DNA from: a bacterium
GTDB lineage: Bacteria; Patescibacteriota; Doudnabacteria; UBA920
Assembly: GCA_021791515.1 (NCBI GenBank)
Contig: JAJYWK010000006.1
Coordinates: 1 to 56,045, forward strand
Reading direction: 5' to 3'
Length of the DNA: 56,045 nucleotides
Each line of letters begins with the position of its first letter. Position 1 is the first letter of the stretch. Below, piece after piece: positions 17,459-24,443 of the stretch. The translations under genes and the position numbers were made by a program. The notes beneath the pieces were generated by a model that was given only the letters and a program-made list of their open reading frames with translations, searched no databases and had not been told where the DNA came from.

Positions 17459-17682
17459 GCCCTCGCCCCGGTAGCAATCCGCCTTCGGCGGACGTTACGG
17501 GGTAAATAGCTCAACTTGCCCCGTCACATATGTTGCTTTCGTAGCTCAATGGATAGAGCAAATCCGTCCTAAGGATGAGATGTAGGTTCGATTCCTACCG
17601 AGAGCACCATATGTGACGGGGTGGATTAGAGCAGGTCCGTCCTAAGGACAAGATGGGGGTCCGATTCCCTCCGAGGGCACCA
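17459..17682 (+). tRNA. interrupted tRNA-Arg(CCU) gene (outer gene; inserts at 17466-17506 and 17515-17621)
   Basis: gccctcg[ins]ta-gctc-aa[ins]tggatta-gagc-a-ggtcc-gtCCTaa-ggaca-agat-ggggg-tccgatt-ccctc-cgagggc-a-cca. This is a full cloverleaf after removal of the two inserts. Confidence 0.65.
17535..17609 (+). tRNA. tRNA-Arg(CCU), intact, nested inside the D-loop insert of the outer tRNA-Arg
   Basis: gctttcg-ta-gctc-aatggata-gagc-a-aatcc-gtCCTaa-ggatg-agat-gtagg-ttcgatt-cctac-cgagagc-a-cca. Confidence 0.85.
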
Positions 17683-17811
17683 AAAATTTGTAAAAAATAA
17701 AATTAAACAAAAAATATACTTGTCCCGTTAGATTTAAGTGTAAAAATTATAAAGGTCGTTTAAATAATTTTGGGACAGTATAAATAAGAATAAAAATTAA
17801 AATCTAATGGG

Positions 17812-18162
17812 ATGTTGGATCCAGAACTGCACAATTATCTTTCGGGCATCAATCAAAATTTGGTTGATTTAAAAAATAAAAAAACCCCGGGCATTTGGCG
17901 GTCATTTTTTAATGGAATGTTTTCAGCTTTGGGCTACTTAGCGGGGCTGGCTTTGGTGCTTTTGATTTTGGGTTGGGTATTGAATAAAATGGGGTTAACC
18001 GCCGCCTTTCAGCAACAGATGAGGGATTACCAATCTTTTTTTAACGAAGCAAAAAAAGTCATGAGCGCAGGGGGACAGAGCGGGCAGGGGAGCAGCCAGA
18101 CAAAAAACGGAGAGACGATCATAACTTTGCCGGATGGCAGGCAGGTAAAAGTAATTCAGTAA
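17812..18162 (+). CDS. hypothetical membrane-anchored protein
   Basis: 116-aa ORF with one central TM segment and a Gly/Ser/Gln-rich tail. Confidence 0.5.
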   Translation: MLDPELHNYLSGINQNLVDLKNKKTPGIWRSFFNGMFSALGYLAGLALVLLILGWVLNKMGLTAAFQQQMRDYQSFFNEAKKVMSAGGQSGQGSSQTKNGETIITLPDGRQVKVIQ

Positions 18163-18216
18163 AGCAGTATTGAAAAATATATTAAAATAAGATAGAATAT
18201 CAAGGCAATTATTTTG

Positions 18217-18290
18217 GGGCCTGTAGTATAATGGTAATACGCGACCATGGCATGGTTGAGTTAGGAGTCCGATTCTCCTCAGGTCCACCA
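18217..18290 (+). tRNA. tRNA-Ala(GGC)
   Basis: gggcctg-ta-gtat-aatggta-atac-g-cgacc-atGGCat-ggttg-agtt-aggag-tccgatt-ctcct-caggtcc-a-cca. Its acceptor stem is identical to that of the interrupted Ala gene at 15096-15318. Confidence 0.85.
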
Positions 18291-18354
18291 CAAAAAAGAT
18301 CTTCTGTTTGAAGGTCTTTTTTGTCAGGAAGAGTTATATTTGCCTCAGAAATAC

Positions 18355-18389
18355 AAAAACAGCCGCTCTTTAACAGAGCGGCTGTTTTT
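18355..18389. terminator. bidirectional intrinsic terminator
   Basis: aaaaa-cagccgctct-ttaac-agagcggctg-ttttt. Confidence 0.7.
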
Positions 18390-18720
18390 GGTCGGGATGC
18401 CCCAGTAGCATAACCTTCGGTTAGCTACGGGGTAAACAGGGAATTGAACCCTGTCTTCATCCGCCTTAGGCGGACTTCGGCGGACAGGCGCACCTTTACC
18501 CCGCACCAATTTTTTACAAATGTTTGCTTTTGGTCGGGATGCAGGGAATCGAACCCTGTCTCCACGCACCCGAAGCGTGTGTACTACCGGTATACTACAT
18601 CCCGGTCAAAAGAAAACAGTTATAATTTTTTAAGATAATAATTGGTGCGGGGCGTGGCGCGCGTACTACCGGTATATTTACCCCGTAGTCAGCTTGCTGT
18701 ACCACTGGGGCTACATCCCG
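18389..18720 (-). tRNA. interrupted tRNA-Pro(CGG) gene (outer gene; four inserts: 18400-18436, 18458-18486, 18495-18652, 18677-18710)
   Basis: After removal of the inserts the minus strand reads cgggatg-ta-gtat-accggta-gtac-g-cgcgc-caCGGgt-gcgcc-aaga-caggg-ttcaatt-ccctg-catcccg-a-cca. That is 74 nt, the same length and acceptor/D arm as the nested gene. Confidence 0.6.
18531..18604 (-). tRNA. tRNA-Pro(CGG), intact, nested inside the anticodon-loop insert of the outer tRNA-Pro
   Basis: cgggatg-ta-gtat-accggta-gtac-a-cacgc-ttCGGgt-gcgtg-gaga-caggg-ttcgatt-ccctg-catcccg-a-cca. Confidence 0.85.
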
Positions 18721-18921
18721 TCGTCGCAGCTTGCTTCGAGCTTTCGGCTTTTACTAAAAGTAAAAGCCTTTCGCTCTGCGCAGCTACTCCTTTGTCCCAA
18801 AAATTCGTGCTCGCCGTCCAATGGGCGTCTGCGCACCAAATCTTTGGGAACCCTAGTCTAACTGAAAAATCCTATATATTATATCCTTTTAAAATCCTTT
18901 TATCAATGGTAAAATTAGCGC

Positions 18922-19719
18922 ATGGAAAAGCAGATTGTAATCAACGATAACTTAATTTCCTACAGTCAAACCGGCGAAGGGGAGCGGGCAGTGATTTTTT
19001 TGCACGGCTGGCGGAGTAATAAAGAAGTTTGGAACCAGGTAATACAGAGAATTAGAGAATTAGAGAATGAGAGAATTAGGATTTATTCCATCGATCTTCC
19101 CGGATTTGGTGGTTCATCGGCGCCTAAAACAGCTTGGTGTGTGGGGGATTACGCGGAAATTGTAAAAGGCTATATAGAAAAGTTGGAATTGAAAAATGTT
19201 ATAATCGTGGGTCATTCTTTTGGGGGAAGGATCGGCATCAAGTTAGCCGCGAACCCTTACCCGGCCTCCGGCCACCCTCTCCCAGAGGGAGAGGGAAAAT
19301 TGAAGGGGCTGATTTTGGTGGATGCGGCTGGGTTTGCCATGAATGCAAATAAAAAAACCATTATATCGGCGGCGGCAAAATTGACTAAGCCATTTTTTAA
19401 GCCAAAATTTATGCAGGGTTTGCGTAAGAAAATTTATCAAAAAATCGGCGCGGAAGACTATTTGGCCACTCCGGAATTGCAACAAACTTATGTAAAAGTT
19501 ATAAGTGAAGATTTGACTGAAGATTTAAAAAAAATAACTTTGCCAACTTTAATTATCACGGGTGAAAATGACAAAGATACGCCGATAGAGTTTGGTCGTA
19601 AAATGAATTCCTTAATTCCGAATTCCGAATTCCAAATTCTTAAAAATGCCGGGCATTATAGCTTTATTGATCAGCCGGAGGAGTTTGTAAATAATATTTT
19701 AGAATTTATGTCATCCTGA
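18922..19719 (+). CDS. alpha/beta-fold hydrolase
   Basis: HGWRSN..., nucleophile elbow VGHSFGG, C-terminal NAGHYSFIDQPEEF. It contains a hairpin-encoded insert at 19275-19295, and its stop codon lies inside the repeat at 19709-19769. Confidence 0.75.
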   Translation: MEKQIVINDNLISYSQTGEGERAVIFLHGWRSNKEVWNQVIQRIRELENERIRIYSIDLPGFGGSSAPKTAWCVGDYAEIVKGYIEKLELKNVIIVGHSFGGRIGIKLAANPYPASGHPLPEGEGKLKGLILVDAAGFAMNANKKTIISAAAKLTKPFFKPKFMQGLRKKIYQKIGAEDYLATPELQQTYVKVISEDLTEDLKKITLPTLIITGENDKDTPIEFGRKMNSLIPNSEFQILKNAGHYSFIDQPEEFVNNILEFMSS

Positions 19720-19769
19720 ACTTGTTTCAGGATCCATAAAATAGATTCCGGATCAAGTCCGGAATGATA
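19709..19769. repeat. tgtcat...atga double-hairpin palindromic element
   Basis: tgtcatcctgaa-cttg-tttcaggat-ccataaaatagat-tccgga-tcaag-tccggaatgata. It shares a 25-nt identical core (caggatccataaaatagattccgga) with 26451-26475. Confidence 0.7.
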
Positions 19770-21296
19770 AACATGGGTCTATTCAAAATCATCAAATACC
19801 AACTTTATCTTTTACAGCTGGAGAATTATGAGCTCGGGCGGTTTTGGAAATTGCTATTTAAAAAAGGTTTTTGGCCAAAAGGGGAGCAAAGAAAGCAGTT
19901 GGTTTGGACAATGAAAGCCCGGGCGGTTTTTTTGTTGGCTGTGGTTTTTCATTTTGGGCTGTCTATTATTTTGTATTGGGTGTTATCAAATGGGCTTTCA
20001 GTATTTAGTATTAAGTATTTAGTATTAAGTATTCTGATTTTTGTTTTACTGCTTACTGCTTACTGCTTACTGCTTACTGCTGCCCTGTGCCTGCTTTGGC
20101 CCATGGATTGGCTGGTTAAGCAAATAATTATTGCCAGAGCGAAATCTAAAATCAAAAGCTTAGATAAATTAAAAATTATCGGAGTGGCCGGCAGTTATGG
20201 CAAGACTACGATGAAGGAAATTTTAAAGCAGGTATTAGGCATAAGGTATAAGGTATTAGCAACGCCGGAGAGTGTAAATACGCCGGTGGGGATTGCCAGG
20301 TGGATTTTGAAAAATTTTGACGATAGAATTGAGGTGGCTATTGTAGAAATGGGGGAGCATTATGTTGGGGATATTGAGGATCTGTGTAAAATCACCCCGC
20401 CGGACATTGCGGTGGTTACGGGAATAAATGAATCACATCTGGAAAGAATGCGCACAATGGGAACCATTGTGCAAACAATTTTTGAAATTGTTTCGGGCAG
20501 TAAGGCAGGAGCTACGGTTTTACTGAATGCTGATGACGAACAAGTCATGGGGCATTATAAGGAGTTTATCTGGCCGGATCATAAGGTAGAAAGTTATCAG
20601 GCAACAGGCAGCAGGCAGCAGGTGTTTAATGTAGTAAAGTTATGCTGGGAGGCGGAGTTTGAGGGTATTGGAAAAGTTAACATTAATTTGCTAGGGCAGT
20701 ATGTGTTGGGGGATGTTGACGCGGCGGTAAAAATTGCAAAACAACTCGGAATGAGCGGCGAAGAAATAAAGCGGGGAATAGAAAAAATTCAGCCGGTTGA
20801 GCATCGGCTTCAACCCATCCCATCATCGGGGAATGTTTTAGTAATTGATGACTCCTACAACGGCAATCCGCAAGGCGCTGCCGAGGCTATTAAAGTTTTA
20901 TCGCGTTTTACTAATCGCCGGAAAGTGTATATTACTCCCGGGTTGGTGGAGATAGGTAAAGCCAGCGCAGAAATACATCGGCAGATTGGAAAAGAGTTAG
21001 CGGGAGCAGTAGATGTGGTGGTGCTCATAAAGAACAGCGTGACGTCGTATATAGCAGAGGCCTTAGCCTCAACGCTACAGACTCTCTCCCCAGGAGATGG
21101 AGAGAGTCGGAGAGAGGTCGAAAATCAAAATCAACCTCTCCCTAACCCTCTCCAATTCTTGGAGAGGGGAACTAATAGGAATCTGCAATTATATTGGTTT
21201 AACACCGCCCAGGAAGCACACCGTGCCATAAAGCACATTGTTCAGCCCAACGATGTAGTGATGTTTCAGAATGATTGGGGAGACCAATATATATAG
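19764..21296 (+). CDS. murF: UDP-N-acetylmuramoyl-tripeptide--D-alanyl-D-alanine ligase with an N-terminal transmembrane extension
   Basis: Mur ligase P-loop IIGVAGSYGKTTMKEIL, then DDSYNGNP. The first roughly 130 aa are hydrophobic. The true start may be the ATG at 19773. Confidence 0.8.
   Translation: MINMGLFKIIKYQLYLLQLENYELGRFWKLLFKKGFWPKGEQRKQLVWTMKARAVFLLAVVFHFGLSIILYWVLSNGLSVFSIKYLVLSILIFVLLLTAYCLLLTAALCLLWPMDWLVKQIIIARAKSKIKSLDKLKIIGVAGSYGKTTMKEILKQVLGIRYKVLATPESVNTPVGIARWILKNFDDRIEVAIVEMGEHYVGDIEDLCKITPPDIAVVTGINESHLERMRTMGTIVQTIFEIVSGSKAGATVLLNADDEQVMGHYKEFIWPDHKVESYQATGSRQQVFNVVKLCWEAEFEGIGKVNINLLGQYVLGDVDAAVKIAKQLGMSGEEIKRGIEKIQPVEHRLQPIPSSGNVLVIDDSYNGNPQGAAEAIKVLSRFTNRRKVYITPGLVEIGKASAEIHRQIGKELAGAVDVVVLIKNSVTSYIAEALASTLQTLSPGDGESRREVENQNQPLPNPLQFLERGTNRNLQLYWFNTAQEAHRAIKHIVQPNDVVMFQNDWGDQYI
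20046..20080 (+). repeat. perfect heptanucleotide tandem repeat (ttactgc x5) inside the murF 5' region
   Basis: Read directly from the sequence. It is preceded by a 14-mer tandem repeat (gtatttagtattaa x2 plus a partial copy) at 20001-20033. Confidence 0.85.
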
Positions 21297-21320
21297 CATG
21301 AAAGATGAAGCATAAAGCAA

Positions 21321-22568
21321 ATGAAAAACTTGATAAAGAAAATTTTTAAACCAAGGGTGAAGTACCAGCCGCTTATTGAAGTTCGGGTTTTCAAGGATAG
21401 CTTACTGCACAATCTAAAACAATTTCAGTCTACTTATCCCAATTTGCAAATTGCTCCGGTATTAAAAAGCAACGCATATGGCCACGGGCTGTGGCAGGTA
21501 GCGCAAGTTTTTGACAAGCAAGGCTGTCCATTTTTTGTGGCTGATTCTTTTTATGAAGCGCTGACTTTGCGCCAGAACGGCATTCAAACCAAAATTTTAA
21601 TTTTGGGGTATGTAAGGCCAAAAGAACTTTTAGAAGAAAAAATAAAAAATGTTAGTGCGTGCATAATTAGTTTGGGTCAATTGAAATTTATTTCGGAGAA
21701 TTTAAAAAAGCCGAAAAATTTCCATCTCAAATTAGATACCGGCATGCATCGGCAGGGCGTCTTAATTAGTGAAGTTGGCGAAGCAATAGGTTTAATCAAA
21801 AAAAATCAGAATATTATTTTAGAAGGCGTATGTAGCCATTTCGCGGATGCGGATGGTGAATCATCTGGGTTTACTAATCAGCAAATCACGGAATGGAACA
21901 AAGCGGGGAAAATTTTTAAACAAAATTTTCCGACTATTAAATATTTTCATTTATCCAATACGGCTGGGACTTATTTTAAAGCTGGTAATGCCAACGTTGC
22001 AAGGGTAGGAATTGGGCTTTATGGAATTAATGCATCCCTTGTGTCATTCCGAGGGAGTCAGACGACCGAGGAATCCCTTAAATTAAATAATCGGCAGGCG
22101 TTAAGGGATGCCTCCCCCTCGGTTGCACTCGGGGTCGGTATGACACCAAGAAGTTCCCAAATATTAGATTTAAAACCAGCACTAGAGATGCGTTCAGTAA
22201 TTAGCGGGATTAAAACCATCAGTGTTGGAGAAAAGGTGGGTTATGGTATAACATTTGAAGCTAAACAGACAATGAAAATTGCTACTGTACCCGTTGGCTA
22301 TTATGAGGGGATTGATCGCCGTTTGTCTAATATTGGATTTGTTAAAATTGGCCAAACTTTTTGTCCAATAATTGGCCGGGTAAGTATGAATATCTCATCT
22401 ATTGATGTAAGTGAGGCCGGCGATGTACAATTAGGGCAGGAAGTAGTGGTAATTAGTAATAAGAAAGAAGATAAAAATTCGGTGGAAAATATAGCCAAGC
22501 TTTGCGGTTGCATCCCATACGAAATTTTGGTTCATATCCCGTCAAATCTAAGAAGAATTATAAAATAG
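21321..22568 (+). CDS. alr: alanine racemase (carrying an in-frame palindromic insert)
   Basis: PLP-lysine motif APVLKSNAYGHG; C-terminal GYYEGIDRRLSN...GRVSMN. At 415 aa it is longer than usual because of the element at 22043-22145. Confidence 0.85.
   Translation: MKNLIKKIFKPRVKYQPLIEVRVFKDSLLHNLKQFQSTYPNLQIAPVLKSNAYGHGLWQVAQVFDKQGCPFFVADSFYEALTLRQNGIQTKILILGYVRPKELLEEKIKNVSACIISLGQLKFISENLKKPKNFHLKLDTGMHRQGVLISEVGEAIGLIKKNQNIILEGVCSHFADADGESSGFTNQQITEWNKAGKIFKQNFPTIKYFHLSNTAGTYFKAGNANVARVGIGLYGINASLVSFRGSQTTEESLKLNNRQALRDASPSVALGVGMTPRSSQILDLKPALEMRSVISGIKTISVGEKVGYGITFEAKQTMKIATVPVGYYEGIDRRLSNIGFVKIGQTFCPIIGRVSMNISSIDVSEAGDVQLGQEVVVISNKKEDKNSVENIAKLCGCIPYEILVHIPSNLRRIIK
22043..22145. mobile_element. 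tgtcat...atgaca palindromic element inserted in frame in alr
   Basis: tgtcattccgaggg...gaggaatccctta-aattaaataatcggcaggcg-ttaagggatgcctcc...ggtatgaca. It shares termini and the (t/a)ccctta...ttaaggga core with the intergenic copy at 28487-28601. Confidence 0.65.
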
Positions 22569-22571
22569 ATT

Positions 22572-23765
22572 ATGAATACAGAATCTAGAATGCAGAATAT
22601 TGGCGTGTTTTTTGGTTCCGGCAGTGCCGAGCATGACATTTCCATTATTACCGCCCAACTCATCATCGCCGGGCTTAAGGGTTTAAATTATTCAGTTGTG
22701 CCGGTTTATATTACGAAAGCCGGAAAATGGATGATTAGCGAGGATTTGGGAAATTTAAAATTGTTTACCGACCCGGATAAAAAAGTTGATGAGGAGAATC
22801 GGTTCGCGCAGTATTATTTGGATATGGAAGAGAGCAAGGGGAAAATGGTATTTAAAAAAAAAGGGTTATTTGGCAAATCAATCACAATTGATCTGGCTTT
22901 CCCGGCTCTGCATGGAACGTATGGTGAAGACGGCACCATTCAGGGGTTGTTTGAAATGTTTGGTATTCCTTACGTGGGTTGCGGCGTGCCGGCTTCGGCA
23001 ATTTCTATGGATAAGGCGCTGACGAAGATTGTGATGAAAGAAGCCGGGGTGCCGACTACAAAGTTTGTGCATTTTACAAAGGTTGACTGGGAAAAAAATA
23101 GAGAATTAGAGATGCGGAGAATTAGAGAGTTGGTATTTCCTGTTTTTGTAAAGCCGGTCCATCTTGGATCTTCAATCGGAATTGGCAAAGCCAAAGATGA
23201 AAAGGAATTGGAGCAAAAAATAGAAGTGGCTTTGTATTACGATAACAAGGTTTTAGTGGAAGAAGCGGTAGAAAATTTAATGGATGTAACTTGCTGTGTC
23301 ATCGGCAACGGGGAACTTACCGCTTCGGTTCTTCAGGAATCTCTGTTTGCCAAGGATATGTTTGATTTTAAAGATAAATATTTGAGTGAAGGCGGGGCGC
23401 AATTGGGCAAAGGGCAAAACAGTTTAGTTATTCCGGCTCGACTGGATGAAGCCACAACATCAGCTATTCAAAATACCGCCAAAGCGGTTTATAAAGCCTT
23501 GGATTGCAGTGGCATCGCGCGCGTGGATTTTTTGTTTGACAAACAGTCTAAGCAATTTTTTGCCAACGAGGTTAATCCGTTGCCGGGTACCTTGTATCAT
23601 CACTTGTGGAAGGCGAGCGGCATTGAACTTAATCAGCTGCTCACGATGTTAATTCAATTTGCGGAAGAAAAATCTAAAGAAAAGCGGTCGGTAAATTATA
23701 CTTTTGAATCCAGCGTGCTAAAAAATTTGGGCAAAGGCAAAATGTCCAAATTAAAATTGGGTTAA
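22572..23765 (+). CDS. ddl: D-alanine--D-alanine ligase
   Basis: GSGSAEHDISI..., LHGTYGEDGTIQGLFEM..., FVKPVHLGSSIGI, EVNPLPG (ATP-grasp). Confidence 0.9.
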   Translation: MNTESRMQNIGVFFGSGSAEHDISIITAQLIIAGLKGLNYSVVPVYITKAGKWMISEDLGNLKLFTDPDKKVDEENRFAQYYLDMEESKGKMVFKKKGLFGKSITIDLAFPALHGTYGEDGTIQGLFEMFGIPYVGCGVPASAISMDKALTKIVMKEAGVPTTKFVHFTKVDWEKNRELEMRRIRELVFPVFVKPVHLGSSIGIGKAKDEKELEQKIEVALYYDNKVLVEEAVENLMDVTCCVIGNGELTASVLQESLFAKDMFDFKDKYLSEGGAQLGKGQNSLVIPARLDEATTSAIQNTAKAVYKALDCSGIARVDFLFDKQSKQFFANEVNPLPGTLYHHLWKASGIELNQLLTMLIQFAEEKSKEKRSVNYTFESSVLKNLGKGKMSKLKLG

Positions 23766-23767
23766 GA

Positions 23768-24391
23768 ATGAATATTAAATTTGAAAAAGCCAAACTCAAA
23801 GAGGGGTTTGGCTTTATAATTGGCGTGGATGAAGTGGGGCGGGGGAGCTTGGCGGGACCGGTCGTTTCTGCGGCAGTGGCGGTTCCATGTAACATGAAAC
23901 ATGAAGCATATAGCAAGAGGGTGAAAGACAGTAAATTGCTTACATCGGCAAAGAGGGAAAAATTGGCACCGGTTATTAAACAAAATTTTATTACAGCAAT
24001 TGGACAGGCGAGTGAAAAAGAAATAGATAAATTAAATATTCACCATGCCACACTATTGGCCATGCAAAGGGCGGTAAAAAAATTATTAAAATTAGTTTCA
24101 TCTAAAACATCCCCGAATTTTATAGCGGTAGATGGTAAATTTACCATTCCGTTGTTAAACGCTCCACAAGCGGCAATTATTGATGGCGACAATAAAATCT
24201 TTTCCATTGCCGCGGCATCCATTGTCGCTAAAGTTTATCGCGATAACTTAATGTCTGGTTTGCACAAGCAGTATCCGTGCTATGGGTTTAATCAGCACAA
24301 AGGATATGGAACGTTGCATCATCGGCAAATGATAAAAAAGTATGGTCTATGTCCAATCCATCGCAAAACATTTAGTAATAACGCGAACTAA
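23768..24391 (+). CDS. rnhB: ribonuclease HII
   Basis: GVDEVGRGSLAGPVVSAAV, ...DSKLLT..., AASIVAKVYRD. Confidence 0.9.
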   Translation: MNIKFEKAKLKEGFGFIIGVDEVGRGSLAGPVVSAAVAVPCNMKHEAYSKRVKDSKLLTSAKREKLAPVIKQNFITAIGQASEKEIDKLNIHHATLLAMQRAVKKLLKLVSSKTSPNFIAVDGKFTIPLLNAPQAAIIDGDNKIFSIAAASIVAKVYRDNLMSGLHKQYPCYGFNQHKGYGTLHHRQMIKKYGLCPIHRKTFSNNAN

Positions 24392-24394
24392 AAT

Positions 24395-24436
24395 CTTTAT
24401 ACCTTCTATTGACGATCGTCAATAGAAGGTATAAAG
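24395..24436. promoter_or_regulatory. 42-bp perfect palindrome (operator and/or terminator candidate)
   Basis: ctttataccttctattgacgatcgtcaatagaaggtataaag is its own reverse complement. It lies between the rnhB stop and the start of the PaaX-like gene. Confidence 0.6.
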
Positions 24437-24443
24437 TGGAAAT

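Noticed and set aside
15139-18710. Whether the tRNA inserts are group I or group II self-splicing introns.
   Set aside because: The short inserts are only 29-41 nt and are simple hairpins. They lack the P3-P9 core of group I introns and the domains of group II introns. They also occur outside the anticodon loop and in both orientations.
20001-20080. Whether the short tandem repeats and dispersed palindromes form a CRISPR array.
   Set aside because: The repeat units are 7-14 nt with no unique spacers between them. The dispersed palindromes are not regularly spaced, and no cas genes are present. The PaaX/Cas2-fold ORF at 24444-25001 stands alone.
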